A stretch of 48,095 nt of DNA from Candidatus Latescibacterota bacterium (GCA_029941565.1 JAPYRN010000016.1:2845-50939); one strand, 5' to 3'; positions 39,022-48,095 are shown, counted from the first letter of the stretch. Made by a program: numbers and translations. The notes: generated from the letters alone by a model not told the origin.

Positions 39022-39912
39022 TCAATAACCCTCCGGTTCCCACTTCTGCCTCTCCCACTGCTTCTGCCCGATCCGCTCGACGAATTCCTCCCCCTTGTGC
39101 TCGAGCAACCAGCCCTTCAGGGGAACGTCCGCATCCGTCGGCTGCCACCACCCTTTGACGTCCACACCATCACCCAGCAGTTGTCGCCGAATCGGGTCAC
39201 ACTTCTGCAGGATTTCATCGTCGATCAGGTTATAGTCCAGACCGCGCAGCCATCGGTAGCTGTATCCGAGAAACAATACCTTGCGCGTGATGTCCGATGT
39301 ATTGATCCCGCGCGAGTGCCACATCCTGCGATCAAACAGCACAGCCGTGCCAGCCTCTACTTGGACTTGCACCGAATCGTCGAACTCGTTGCCAGGGGTA
39401 CGTTCCGGTGGTCGGTCACGCTTGTGGCTACCGGGGATCACCCGAATCCCGCCATGTTCCGGCTCGCTCACATCCGATAGCCAGAACCCAACCTTCAGCG
39501 ACAGTCTGGGCTGGGGTCGTTCCATCTCCGGAACCGGCCTGCCACCATCCTGATGCCACCCACCGGGCTGCAGATCCGGGCGCTGTTTCGACTCCGGCGG
39601 GTAGTAGATCAGGTGCGAGATGTAATGCTGAACATTCCATCCGAGAATGTCCCAGATCAGCGGAAATGTCTTCGGCCAGTCCAGCAATTCGAGAAACGCA
39701 TCTCCCTCCACAATCGTCCTGAACTTCGCCATCGTGGCGCCAGGATCGAGTGCCTTCTTCTCACGCTCCTCCCGATCCACCCGATCGCTGGCTTCCAACA
39801 GCCGCTCCAGCGTAGCCTCGTCCAGTGCATTCGGGACGATCAGATACCCCTGCTGATCAAACTGGTCTCGCTGTGCATCCGTCATACAGTATTGCAGGCA
39901 ACTCTTATCCAA
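39022..39912 (-). CDS. Phytanoyl-CoA dioxygenase (PhyH) family protein (copy 3).
   Basis: GGWHQDGG, IRVIPGSHKRD and MWHSRGIN. The start may be the second Met (39885). Confidence 0.8.
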   Translation of the reverse strand: MDKSCLQYCMTDAQRDQFDQQGYLIVPNALDEATLERLLEASDRVDREEREKKALDPGATMAKFRTIVEGDAFLELLDWPKTFPLIWDILGWNVQHYISHLIYYPPESKQRPDLQPGGWHQDGGRPVPEMERPQPRLSLKVGFWLSDVSEPEHGGIRVIPGSHKRDRPPERTPGNEFDDSVQVQVEAGTAVLFDRRMWHSRGINTSDITRKVLFLGYSYRWLRGLDYNLIDDEILQKCDPIRRQLLGDGVDVKGWWQPTDADVPLKGWLLEHKGEEFVERIGQKQWERQKWEPEGY

Positions 39913-39965
39913 AACTCACCTCAGTTTCTGGAATTCAGCACTCGGTTTCGTCCGTCTCTTCTCTC

Positions 39966-41525
39966 CTATATCTCAAATCGTTCCAACTCCACCTCGATCA
40001 GCGTTGGCAGGTCCCTGGCAAAAGCCCTCTGCACCTCACTGCCGAGTTCCTTGGCTCTGACCACACGAACGCTCGCTATACCAAAGCTCTTGGCCAACAG
40101 CTGGAAATCCGGATTGTCCAGCGCCACCGCAACGTGCCGTCCTTCATACTCTCGGTCCTGCGCCCGCCGAATGGCCGAATAGCAGTTGTCGTTGAACAGT
40201 ACGATCGGCAGCCCGAGCCGCTCCTGCTTCGCCGTCAGGACCTCCTGAGCCGTAAACATGAACCCACCATCACCACACAGGGCGACGACCTGACGTTGAC
40301 GATCGGCGATCTTCGCCCCTATCGCTGCCGGCACGGAGAATCCGAGTGATCCGTAGGTAAGGGGCGAATGAAATGTCCTTGGTGTGTAGACATCGAAGAA
40401 TCGTCGGGCTCGATAGCACACCAGCGTCATATCATTGAACAGGATGGCATCTCGAGCCATGACCTGCCGCAGCGTCGTCAGAATTGTCGCCGTGCGCTCG
40501 TCATCCTCTTGCTCAGGCGATCTATGCTCCCTCTCGGGCCATGACGAAGTTCGATCGCTGTCCAACCGGTTGAGCAGAATCTCCACGGTCGCCGCTGCAT
40601 CTCCAACGAGCGCAACCTCGGCCGGGAGCGAACGGCCGATGACCTCAGGATCGAGATCGATGTGGATCAGCTCAGCCTCCGGCGACCCGATCCAACTGCG
40701 TGTCCGTGCATCGAAACGGGTCCCGATCGCAACGATCACATCCGCCCGGCTGATCCACCAGCCCGGTGTATCATTTGTTCCGACAAACCGTGGGTCATCT
40801 GCACTCAGGACACCCAAGCCGTTCGCACTCACCCCTACCTTGGCCTGCAGCAGTTCGGCCAGCCTGGCGACTTCCCGCGACGCATCTTGCGCCCCGCCAC
40901 CGACGAAAAGTAACGGTCGTTCAGCAACATTCAGCAGTTCGACAGCCTTCTGGATGTCTGCTTCGCTCGGTACAATCGGTGGGTACATCTGCGGAGTTGG
41001 AGGCTCTACCTCGTATTCCTGCTTGAGAACACCGATCGGTACTTCGAGCACGTACGGCCGCGGTCTCCTCCTGCCAACAAACGACATCGCTTCTGCCACA
41101 CCGGCGACGATCTCCTGCCCCGTCCTTGCCCGCTTTCCTTGACCCGTCACACTCACCAGCGTGTTGAATTGATCGCGCATCTCGTGCAGATAACCCGAGT
41201 CTGGTGTCATGTCATCATCCGGCCCACTTGCAATCAGCAGAACGGGGGAGGATTCGGCGTTTGCTTCACCCACCGGTGTCAAGGCATTGATCGCGGCAGG
41301 CCCGGTTGTCGTCAGCACCACGCCGACTCGTCCAGTCACACGGGCGTAACCATCGGCCATGTATCCGGCCCCCTGTTCGTGACGCGTCATCACATGATGG
41401 ATGCGGTGGTGTTTATACAACGCGTCATAGATCGGCAGTGTATGGATGCCCGGGATACCAAAGAGTGTGTCTACGCCATGGACATCGAGAGCTTCTATTA
41501 GAATCTGTCCACCGGATCTGTACAC
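39966..41525 (-). CDS. Thiamine-pyrophosphate-dependent enzyme (acetolactate-synthase-large-subunit-like fold).
   Basis: Probable start GTG 41525 with GAAGAGG SD. GIPGIHTLPIYDAL (TPP N-terminal domain), central FAD-like domain, and C-terminal GDGGFMF...NDNCYSAI TPP-binding motif. Confidence 0.85.
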   Translation of the reverse strand: MYRSGGQILIEALDVHGVDTLFGIPGIHTLPIYDALYKHHRIHHVMTRHEQGAGYMADGYARVTGRVGVVLTTTGPAAINALTPVGEANAESSPVLLIASGPDDDMTPDSGYLHEMRDQFNTLVSVTGQGKRARTGQEIVAGVAEAMSFVGRRRPRPYVLEVPIGVLKQEYEVEPPTPQMYPPIVPSEADIQKAVELLNVAERPLLFVGGGAQDASREVARLAELLQAKVGVSANGLGVLSADDPRFVGTNDTPGWWISRADVIVAIGTRFDARTRSWIGSPEAELIHIDLDPEVIGRSLPAEVALVGDAAATVEILLNRLDSDRTSSWPEREHRSPEQEDDERTATILTTLRQVMARDAILFNDMTLVCYRARRFFDVYTPRTFHSPLTYGSLGFSVPAAIGAKIADRQRQVVALCGDGGFMFTAQEVLTAKQERLGLPIVLFNDNCYSAIRRAQDREYEGRHVAVALDNPDFQLLAKSFGIASVRVVRAKELGSEVQRAFARDLPTLIEVELERFEI

Positions 41526-41628
41526 AGTCAGCCTCTTCGATGATTGCCGCGCTCGCCGCCTGATCGGATCCTCCGCACGGGAACGGTCAGAATAATGCGT
41601 CCGCACACGGAACAACACAACGGCACAC

Positions 41629-42894
41629 TCATCGGTCGTCGAACGGAACCCCGCGGTGCCATTCGTCGAGAAACCGGTTGCGGAACTTGCCATCGGGATC
41701 GTATTGACTGAGCAGCCCCCGAAAATCATCGAGTCGTTCATAGGATGACTGCAGTTCGTCCACCGGGATCGTGAACAGCTTGCCCCAATGCGGCCTGGGC
41801 TCGAAGGGCGCCAGTTCCGCCTCGAGGATCGGCAGCAACTGACGGACCTGCTCCCAATCAGGTTTCCAGGTGAAGTGCAGGGCGATGCTGTCCTGCTCGT
41901 AGCAAGGACTCAACCAGAGATCATCTGCCGCGATCGATCGGATCTCGGAGACAAACAGCAACGGCCCGATCTGCTGTCGCAGACCATCGACAGCCAGCAG
42001 CGCCTGCCGAGCATTCGCTCTCGATACGAAGTACTCGGATTGCAGTTCCGCGCCGACACTCGGCACAGCATCCATGCGGAAATGGGGCAGCCGCTCATGC
42101 CAGGGGCCGGGACGGCTTCTCTGTTCTGTGCAGCCGTCAGCCGGTTCGCCTTCGACTGGATGCAACGATCGGGCAGCCACCTTCGAACCAAGCAGATCCG
42201 GAATCGAGTCGGCGCCATCATGGGGAATCCGCTCCTTCACCCACACCCGGAACCGCTGGCTGATCCAATCGGTGAACGGGCTGACGCTGTACCCCCTGGC
42301 CATCACGTCGTCGAAATGGTCGAGCAAGTTGGTGAGTGATACGTCTTCGAACACGTGCTGTCGCACGTCGAAGGCCGGTTGCAGATCGAGGGTCAAGCGG
42401 GTGATGATACCGAGGCCACCAAGAGCGACGACGACCCCCGCAAACCGATCGGGATCCTGCTCGCGTGACAGGGCGACGATGTCGCCGTCGGCGATGACCA
42501 CATCCAGGGCGGAGACGGCGGTGGCCAGGTTGCCATTGCGGTCACCCGAGCCGTGGGTTGCGGTGCTGCAGGCACCGGCGATCGAAATGTGAGGCAGTGA
42601 AGCCAGATTGTGCAGCGCCCAGCCCTGCCGGTGCAGCCAGGGACAGAGCTGACCGTAATTGATACCCGCCTCGACGGTGACGGTTTCGGCCGACTCGTCC
42701 AGGGAGATGACCTGGTTCATGTGGTCGAGGGATATGTGGGTACCCGTCGTGTCGGCGACATCGTTGAAGGAGTGACGAGTGCCCAACACCTTCAGCCGTT
42801 CGGTGCGCCGAACCAGATCCTGCACCTTCTCGATCCTCTCGGGACGATGGATCTCGACAGATCTGTAGTGATGATTTCCGGCCCAGTTGTTCAC
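41629..42894 (-). CDS. FAD-linked oxidase with a D-arabinono-1,4-lactone-oxidase/alditol-oxidase-type C-terminal domain.
   Basis: FAD-binding PCMH domain (GTRHSFNDVADTTG, ISIAGACSTATHGSG) and ALO-type C-terminus (...HWGKLF...). Confidence 0.85.
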   Translation of the reverse strand: MNNWAGNHHYRSVEIHRPERIEKVQDLVRRTERLKVLGTRHSFNDVADTTGTHISLDHMNQVISLDESAETVTVEAGINYGQLCPWLHRQGWALHNLASLPHISIAGACSTATHGSGDRNGNLATAVSALDVVIADGDIVALSREQDPDRFAGVVVALGGLGIITRLTLDLQPAFDVRQHVFEDVSLTNLLDHFDDVMARGYSVSPFTDWISQRFRVWVKERIPHDGADSIPDLLGSKVAARSLHPVEGEPADGCTEQRSRPGPWHERLPHFRMDAVPSVGAELQSEYFVSRANARQALLAVDGLRQQIGPLLFVSEIRSIAADDLWLSPCYEQDSIALHFTWKPDWEQVRQLLPILEAELAPFEPRPHWGKLFTIPVDELQSSYERLDDFRGLLSQYDPDGKFRNRFLDEWHRGVPFDDR

Positions 42895-42941
42895 GCGCTA
42901 TTACACCGCCTCAGGTTTCGCGTTTTAGCGCCCCGTAGGAA

Positions 42942-43703
42942 TCAGCGCCCCAGACACCGCAGAGTCGCGCCAGGATCGTCCGTCAGCACCGCATCACAAC
43001 CGAGCCATCGGTACAACCAGAGCCGCCCGTCGGGACTAGGATCGAGGGGACAGACGCGGAGTCCTTTTCGATGCGCCCACCACACGTAGAACGGATTGAG
43101 CAGGAGTAGCGGCCAGGCCGGTCCCGTCAGTTCCACGCCGCCTCTTGGTACCACCTGTGTGAGGGAGATGGTGCCAGCCGGTATTCGCATGCCCGCCGCC
43201 AGCGCTTGCCGTCTGACTGCGAGAACGCGATTGGCCTCAAAACTCAGGATCACCGTGCGCTCTTGCCGGCCAGCAGCTTCGATCTCGGCGACAAGTCTGT
43301 CAGCGATCTCTGGATCGAGGAAATCATCCGTCTTTAACTCCAGTGCGATCACCATATCCGCTGGCAGAAGGTCGAAGACCTCTTGCAGCGTGGGCACACG
43401 CTCGTCCGTGAACTCCCTTCGACCGCAGCTGGCCGAGAGCCCCTTGACGTCCTCGAGCGACATGTCTCGGACGGCGCCACTGCCATCTGTCGTGCGGTCT
43501 ACGGTCTCATCGTGGATGCAGACGAAGTGCCCATCCGCCGTGACATGAACATCCGTTTCGATCAGGTCTGTGCCGTCGTCGATGGCCTTGCGAAAGGAGG
43601 CAGGGGTGTTCTCGGGACAGTGCACGAGGTCACCGCGGTGAGCCATCACGTATGGCCTGGAAACTCCAGGTATCTCAAATTCCAGCAGCGGCGGGTTATC
43701 CAT
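42942..43703 (-). CDS. Glycerophosphodiester phosphodiesterase (GDPD) family.
   Basis: VMAHRGDLVHCPENT...LIETDVHVTADGHFVCIHDETVDRTT is the GDPD catalytic motif pair. Confidence 0.85.
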   Translation of the reverse strand: MDNPPLLEFEIPGVSRPYVMAHRGDLVHCPENTPASFRKAIDDGTDLIETDVHVTADGHFVCIHDETVDRTTDGSGAVRDMSLEDVKGLSASCGRREFTDERVPTLQEVFDLLPADMVIALELKTDDFLDPEIADRLVAEIEAAGRQERTVILSFEANRVLAVRRQALAAGMRIPAGTISLTQVVPRGGVELTGPAWPLLLLNPFYVWWAHRKGLRVCPLDPSPDGRLWLYRWLGCDAVLTDDPGATLRCLGR

Positions 43704-44229
43704 CGTTTCAAGGTAACCTATGTCGAGTGACCCGCCACGGTCAGCTCGAGCAATTCCGGTCGATGATCGGAGGCGGCAATCCCCTCCGTCACAATCCCGC
43801 CTTCACATCGCCGTAGCTGACCAGACGGATGCCGCGGTCGGCGACGATGGCGAGCACTTCGGGATCCGTCCACGGTTGCGTCACACCCGCCCGGTCCACG
43901 GCGACGCACCCTTGTCGAGTCGCACCACACCCATGTGACCGGTGAGATGGGTCGCAGGCAGGTGCTGGAGAACACGCTCGATCTGGGCGCGAAACTCCGC
44001 CTCGGTCTCATCCAGCTGCCAGTCGAGATCGATGAAGGCTTCTCTCACCTCGCCGCTGGGCCACAGGCGCCGGCAGAAGTATCCGGAGCTTGTGGTCAGA
44101 CTCCTGGCACGGTGCCATGAGCTCGACCGATCGAGCGATGCCTTTCTCGTAGACGTGGATGCAAGCCTGATTGACGGCCTGCGCCATACCGATGTCGTCT
44201 GCCCGGACGAGGATGATGATCTCACTCAT
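43704..44229 (-). pseudogene. YdjC/ChbG-family carbohydrate deacetylase, heavily degraded with at least 3 frameshifts in ~520 bp.
   Basis: ATG 44229 gives MSEIIILVRADDIGMAQAVNQACIHVYEKGIARSVELMAPC (YdjC N-terminus, ADDxG). A second frame gives ...EVREAFIDLDWQLDETEAEFRAQIERVLQHLPATHLTGHMGV (YdjC PTHLDxHxHVH block). A third gives VTQPWTDPEVLAIVADRGIRLVSYGD. A fourth gives ...GGIAASDHRPELLELTVAGHST*. Each is ended by stops. Confidence 0.55.
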
Positions 44230-44268
44230 GACTGTCTCCCTTCGCAGATCCGATCGTCAAGTTAGGGC

Positions 44269-45006
44269 TCAGGTGTCGCGACGCATGAGACTATAACTCT
44301 GCGCCGTGGGACCCGTCGCCGGTTGCGTGGCCATGAACAGTGCCATAGGCACGACGTCCTCCGGCTGCTTGATCCATTCGCTGCCGATGCCGAACACCGA
44401 GTCGTCGTCTCGTGACCTGGTGGCTCGCGTACGCACGGGACCCGGGATCAGCTCATTGACGCTGATGCCATCCTCCCAGAGTTCCTGGGCACTGACACGG
44501 GTCAGCATCCACAGGGCCGCCTTCGAGCAGCAGTAGGCGGAGGCATCAGGACGGCCGTGATGTCCCATGCCGGAACCCATCGTCAGAATCTTGCCACCGC
44601 CACGCTGCCGCATGTGGGGGATGACGGCGCGTATGCAGTGGTAGACGCCGAAGAGATTCACGGTCACGGTGGCCATCCAGGCGGCGGGATCGCTGTCGGC
44701 GACGGGGGCCGTATTCAGGTTGCCGCCGGCATTGGCGACGAGCAGATCCACGCCCCCGAAGTGCTCCACGGTGGTCGTTAACAGATGCTCGACGGCTTCT
44801 GGGTCAGTCACATCCGTCGCGCAGGCGATGGCCAAGCCTCCCGTATCACGGATGCCTTGCGCCGTGTCGTCGATCTCGGCCTTTGTCCGCGCTGCACACA
44901 CGAGATGGGCGCCGGCAGCCGCGTAGCCGATGGCGATGGCACGTCCGATGCCGCGTCCCGCACCCGTGACGACGGCGACCTGTCCGGCCAGGGGGTGGTC
45001 TTGCAT
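44269..45006 (-). CDS. SDR-family short-chain dehydrogenase/reductase.
   Basis: VVTGAGRGIGRA (TGxxxGxG), NAG, and S...YxxxK (ASAYCCSKAAL). Confidence 0.9.
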   Translation of the reverse strand: MQDHPLAGQVAVVTGAGRGIGRAIAIGYAAAGAHLVCAARTKAEIDDTAQGIRDTGGLAIACATDVTDPEAVEHLLTTTVEHFGGVDLLVANAGGNLNTAPVADSDPAAWMATVTVNLFGVYHCIRAVIPHMRQRGGGKILTMGSGMGHHGRPDASAYCCSKAALWMLTRVSAQELWEDGISVNELIPGPVRTRATRSRDDDSVFGIGSEWIKQPEDVVPMALFMATQPATGPTAQSYSLMRRDT

Positions 45007-45310
45007 AGGGGCTCCGATTTATGAGTGCGTTGAAGGTTCGCATCGATGGTGCAGATCATGCTACTCTGAGAGCAACTCCAGCAGCGCTTCCGTCTGCTCG
45101 AGAATCGCCGCCGCCTCGACTGCGTCGTCCTGCAAAAGGTCCTGAAGACGGTGCAGCACCTGCAACACCGGGGCGGCGATCCCATAACTTTCGAGTTGAT
45201 CGACCAGCTGACGCAGCACGTCGACCGCCTCGTCGGCTTCGGCGACATCGGCAAGCCTCAGACCAAGTTGTTGCGAGACACGACTGGAGAGAGTCAACAC
45301 CCGAACGTAC

Positions 45311-45799
45311 TCACCCAGGGCGAACCAGGTCACCCATTCCGGATCGCCGAGTTCGAGAAAGAGGCCGATCACCTGCATGCCCTGAGCCAGGACCTGTTGC
45401 CTGGCTGGATGCCATGGGGAGGTCCGCGCTCTCCAGGCGGGAGAAGAAGGCGTCGAGGTCCCTGCTACTGTCGCCGCCATCGGCCTCGAGCTGATACATG
45501 GCTCGGCGCAGCGACTCGGCGCTGGTGACCAGGTCCCCCTGGGTGGGGTCGTCTTGGGCGACGCGATTCAGATCGACCCAGCCACTACCCGCTGCGTATG
45601 CCGCCTGCGCCGGTGTCCGGCCTCCGGCGTAGCCGAGGTCAGACTGCCCCGGCAGCGACCCGGAGAGATCACTGCCGAGATCGTCCCTGCGCGAGTTGGA
45701 TGTTCCAAACACCAAGCTGAGCATCAACATCATCGACAACACGACCGAGATCCCCCAGAAATGAGAGCCTGGGTCCCCCATAGCGCGGAGGGGGCCCAT
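45311..45799 (-). CDS. Hypothetical membrane-anchored protein. Probably continues into ORF 45061..45480 after a frameshift.
   Basis: ATG 45799 with GGAGAG SD. N-terminal TM helix ISVVLSMMLMLSLVFG. The downstream overlapping ORF in another frame encodes a helical, Leu/Glu-rich tail (...LVDQLESYGIAAPVLQVLHRLQDLLQ...). Confidence 0.35.
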   Translation of the reverse strand: MGPLRAMGDPGSHFWGISVVLSMMLMLSLVFGTSNSRRDDLGSDLSGSLPGQSDLGYAGGRTPAQAAYAAGSGWVDLNRVAQDDPTQGDLVTSAESLRRAMYQLEADGGDSSRDLDAFFSRLESADLPMASSQATGPGSGHAGDRPLSRTRRSGMGDLVRPG

Positions 45800-46572
45800 G
45801 TGCTCTCCGAAGGGTTACAGCGTCTCGTCGACCTCAAAGCACTGGAGCGACGCAATAACGAACTCGAACGCTTCACCTATACCGTCTCACTCGACCTCAG
45901 GAGCCCTCTTATCTCCATCCACGGCTTCGTCGGTCTCCTTGAGAAAGACCTCAACTCCGGCAACAACGAATTTGTCATCGCCGACTTGACCCGCATCAAT
46001 CACGTGGCATCGACAATGGAGGAGCTTCTCTCCGACCTGTTGGAGTTGTCGCGTGTGTGCCGGGCTGTCGGTCCCATCGAAGAGGTTGTCCTGGCAGACT
46101 GGTGTCAGAGTCCCTGGAACTGTTGTCCCCGCGGATCGAGACGACCGGCGCCGACATTCGCGTCGACGTGGAATCCATTTCGATCATAGGCGATCGCTCG
46201 CGCCCGCAGGAGATATTCCTGAACCTGCTTGAAAATTCGCTCAAGTTCTGCCGCAGTGAGGCTGCACCCACCGTGGTAGTGAGCGCTGCCTGTCACGACG
46301 AGGTCGTCCTGTGCTCGATAGGTGACGATGGGATCGGCATCGACCCATCCTACCACGACCGTGTCTTCGAACTCTTCGAGCACCTCGACAAGGGCATCGA
46401 AGGCACCGGCGTCGGTCTGGCCCTAGTGAAGCGGAACGTCGAGCTTCACGGAGGCAAGATTTGGGTGTCGTCCGAGGGAACGGACAGGGGAACGACCTTC
46501 CATTTTACTTTTCCCCTTCGCAGCGACGGCGAGTTCGACATTGGTGGTCAGATGGTTGCTGTCGTTCCCTGA
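45800..46572 (+). pseudogene. Sensor-less histidine kinase remnant: HisKA with the phospho-accepting His replaced by Leu, then a frameshift before the HATPase_c domain.
   Basis: H-box reads ERFTYTVS-L-DLRSPLISIHGFVGLL (consensus SHDLRSPL). HATPase N-box, G1 and G2 (LLENSLKF, DDGIGID, GTGVGLALV) are in a different frame (ORF 46057..46572). One missing base near 46085 (...EEVVLAD|LVSESLELL...) rejoins them. Confidence 0.55.
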
Positions 46573-46642
46573 TTCGCGAGGCCCTTGGGCGATCCTGGGC
46601 GCATCGCTTGCCATGCCGACCAATCAAATGGAGAGAGGAACG

Positions 46643-47368
46643 ATGGCCCTAAAGAAGGTCCTGATCACCGGGGCAGCTGGAAGAATCGGACGCGCCCTGC
46701 GCGACGAATTGCAGGGGCGCTACGACCTGCGCCTGCTCTATAACCGGACCGTATTGCCGGCGCAGGACAACGATGAAGTCTGCGTCGGTGACGTCACCGA
46801 TCTGGCGCGCATGGAACAGGTCGTCGAAGGCTGTGACGCCGTGATCCACATGGCTGGAGACCCGTCGGTGCAGGCGAGCTACTCGAGTGTGCACGAGAAG
46901 AACAGTCTGGGCACATACCACATCTACGAGGCCTGCGTCCGCCAAGGATGCAAGCGGGTCATCTTCGCCAGCACGAACCACGTCACCGGCATGTATGAAA
47001 AGGAAGGAACCTACACGACGCCCGAGATGCCGGTGCGCCCGGACAGCTTCTACGGTGCCAGCAAGGCTCATGGTGAAGCGCTGGGCCGCTACTACAGCGA
47101 CAACTTTGACCTCAGCGTCATTTGTCTGCGCATCGGTTCCTTCCAGCCGGTGGCCAGTGTCATCGAGCGCAAGAACGATCGCATCCTGTCGACCTGGCTC
47201 AGTCCCCGAGACTGCGCCCAGTTATGCTGGCGCGGCATCGATGCGGAGCAGGTCAAGTTTGGTATCTATTATGGCATCTCTGGCAACAAGCGGGCCTATT
47301 GGGATCTGCAGAACGCGATCACCGAACTCGGATATGAGCCTGCGGACAACGCCGAAAAGCACGCCTGA
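46643..47368 (+). CDS. NAD-dependent epimerase/dehydratase-family protein resembling uronate dehydrogenase (Udh).
   Basis: ATG 46643 with GGAGAGAGGAA SD. VLITGAAGRIGRAL Rossmann motif. VIFASTNHVTG, YGASK, LRIGS, ILSTWLSPRD and EPADNAE parallel blocks of characterised uronate dehydrogenases. Confidence 0.75.
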   Translation: MALKKVLITGAAGRIGRALRDELQGRYDLRLLYNRTVLPAQDNDEVCVGDVTDLARMEQVVEGCDAVIHMAGDPSVQASYSSVHEKNSLGTYHIYEACVRQGCKRVIFASTNHVTGMYEKEGTYTTPEMPVRPDSFYGASKAHGEALGRYYSDNFDLSVICLRIGSFQPVASVIERKNDRILSTWLSPRDCAQLCWRGIDAEQVKFGIYYGISGNKRAYWDLQNAITELGYEPADNAEKHA

Positions 47369-47586
47369 GGCCGACTCACTTCCGGCAGCATCGATTGCTC
47401 TGCCTGAATTGCACGGTTTGCATTATCATTTGCCTGGAACCCTTGCCAGTCAGTGAACCATGGCCTCACCCAGGATCCTCTACCAAACGCGATTCAGGGC
47501 GCTCGAGCCCGGCTGGGATCAACCTTTTCGGGGGGATTTCGACCCATCTTGCTAACTCTCTGTGTTACTGGAGTTAGCATGGACTT

Positions 47587-47612
47587 GAAGGCCCCCGATT
47601 GAGGGGGCCTTC
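47587..47612. terminator. GC-rich hairpin (putative intrinsic/bidirectional terminator) between convergent genes.
   Basis: GAAGGCCCCC-gattga-GGGGGCCTTC is a perfect 10-bp stem with a 6-nt loop, followed by a weakly T-rich tract (tgtcgttct). It lies between the Udh-like gene (+) and the T9SS-CTD gene (-). Confidence 0.5.
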
Positions 47613-47705
47613 TGTCGTTCTAGGCGACGTTGGAGTCCACACCTTCGCTGATGCCCGCTCGTTGTGCTGCCCTCTCAAACGCTTCAAAGCCGAACCGGGG
47701 TATTC

Positions 47706-48095
47706 CTACCGCAACAGCAACATCTTACGCGGCCCTAAGATCCCCTCCGCCCCAGGTGTTACGATCCGATACAGATAGACACCGGAGGAGACGCGGCGGC
47801 CGTCGTCGTCGCGGCTGTCCCAACGTGCCCGGTAGCCACCGGCAGCACGCACGCCTTCACGCAACACACGCACACGCTGCCCAGCGATATCGTAGATGTG
47901 CAGTTCGATCTGAGCAGCACGAAATACGTGGTAGCCGATCATGGTCTCGGCATTGAAGGGGTTGGGCACATTCTGCTCGACGAGAGCTGCCCACGGCAGG
48001 CCGATGTGTAGAACGGCCAGTTCCATGAGCCGGCTCCGCTTGCCGGCGTCAGCGCCGAAAAAGTCGGCGAAGCGGAAGAAGTCGCTGAAGTCGAC
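47706..48095 (-). CDS. C-terminal part of a secreted protein carrying a T9SS/FlgD-Ig-like C-terminal sorting domain. 5' end lies beyond the window.
   Basis: ...NVPNPFNAETMIGYHVFRAAQIELHIYDIAGQRVRVLREG...ARWDSRDDDGRRVSSGVYLYRIVTPG is a Por/T9SS type-A CTD signature. The frame stays open upstream to nt 48095 (VDFSDFFRFADFFGADAGK, a dockerin-like motif). Confidence 0.75.
   Translation of the reverse strand, partial: VDFSDFFRFADFFGADAGKRSRLMELAVLHIGLPWAALVEQNVPNPFNAETMIGYHVFRAAQIELHIYDIAGQRVRVLREGVRAAGGYRARWDSRDDDGRRVSSGVYLYRIVTPGAEGILGPRKMLLLR

Noticed and set aside
47521-47550. tRNA-like GGGGGGATTTCGACCC segment (T-arm look-alike).
   Set aside because: No complementary acceptor or anticodon stems could be built around it. 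It is most likely just part of the 3' UTR.

Overview
Chromosomal segment that looks GC-rich (roughly 60-65% by eye) from an unidentified bacterium. Most of it is a densely packed, largely cytoplasmic catabolic locus. It carries two canonical Cys-type sulfatases, a third sulfatase-fold enzyme with Thr in place of the formylglycine precursor, and an arylsulfotransferase-family protein. It also carries a recurring set of accessory enzymes: three PhyH-type Fe(II)/2-oxoglutarate dioxygenases (one fused to HEAT repeats) and two creatininase-family cyclic amidohydrolases. Sugar-acid metabolism genes are present: an aldose 1-epimerase, two Gfo/Idh/MocA oxidoreductases, a DgoD/ManD-type enolase-superfamily dehydratase, an HpcH/HpaI aldolase, a uronate-dehydrogenase-like SDR, a D-2-hydroxyacid dehydrogenase, an SDR, a D-arabinono-1,4-lactone-oxidase-like FAD oxidase, a TPP enzyme and a glycerophosphodiester phosphodiesterase. 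Other genes include a CocE/NonD hydrolase, an MFS transporter with a class-V aminotransferase, a CehA/McbA-like metallohydrolase, a DUF4185-like protein, and a very large FG-GAP/ASPIC(CRTAC1-like)/thioredoxin fusion protein. A partial gene at the window end carries a T9SS/FlgD-Ig-like C-terminal sorting domain. Two type II toxin-antitoxin modules (VapB-VapC and Phd-VapC) are embedded. The most striking feature is the number of gene remnants among long intact genes. These are a frameshifted multicopper-oxidase N-terminal fragment, an enolase N-terminal-domain-only ORF, a frameshifted SPFH fragment, a frameshifted response-regulator fragment, a sulfatase C-terminal fragment, a multiply frameshifted YdjC-like deacetylase, and a sensor-less histidine kinase with phospho-His changed to Leu plus a frameshift. 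Two genes are interrupted by in-frame stop codons (TAG and TGA). No rRNA, tRNA, CRISPR array, integrase or transposase was recognised. Many long ORFs in the six-frame track are antisense artefacts of the GC richness and were not called.
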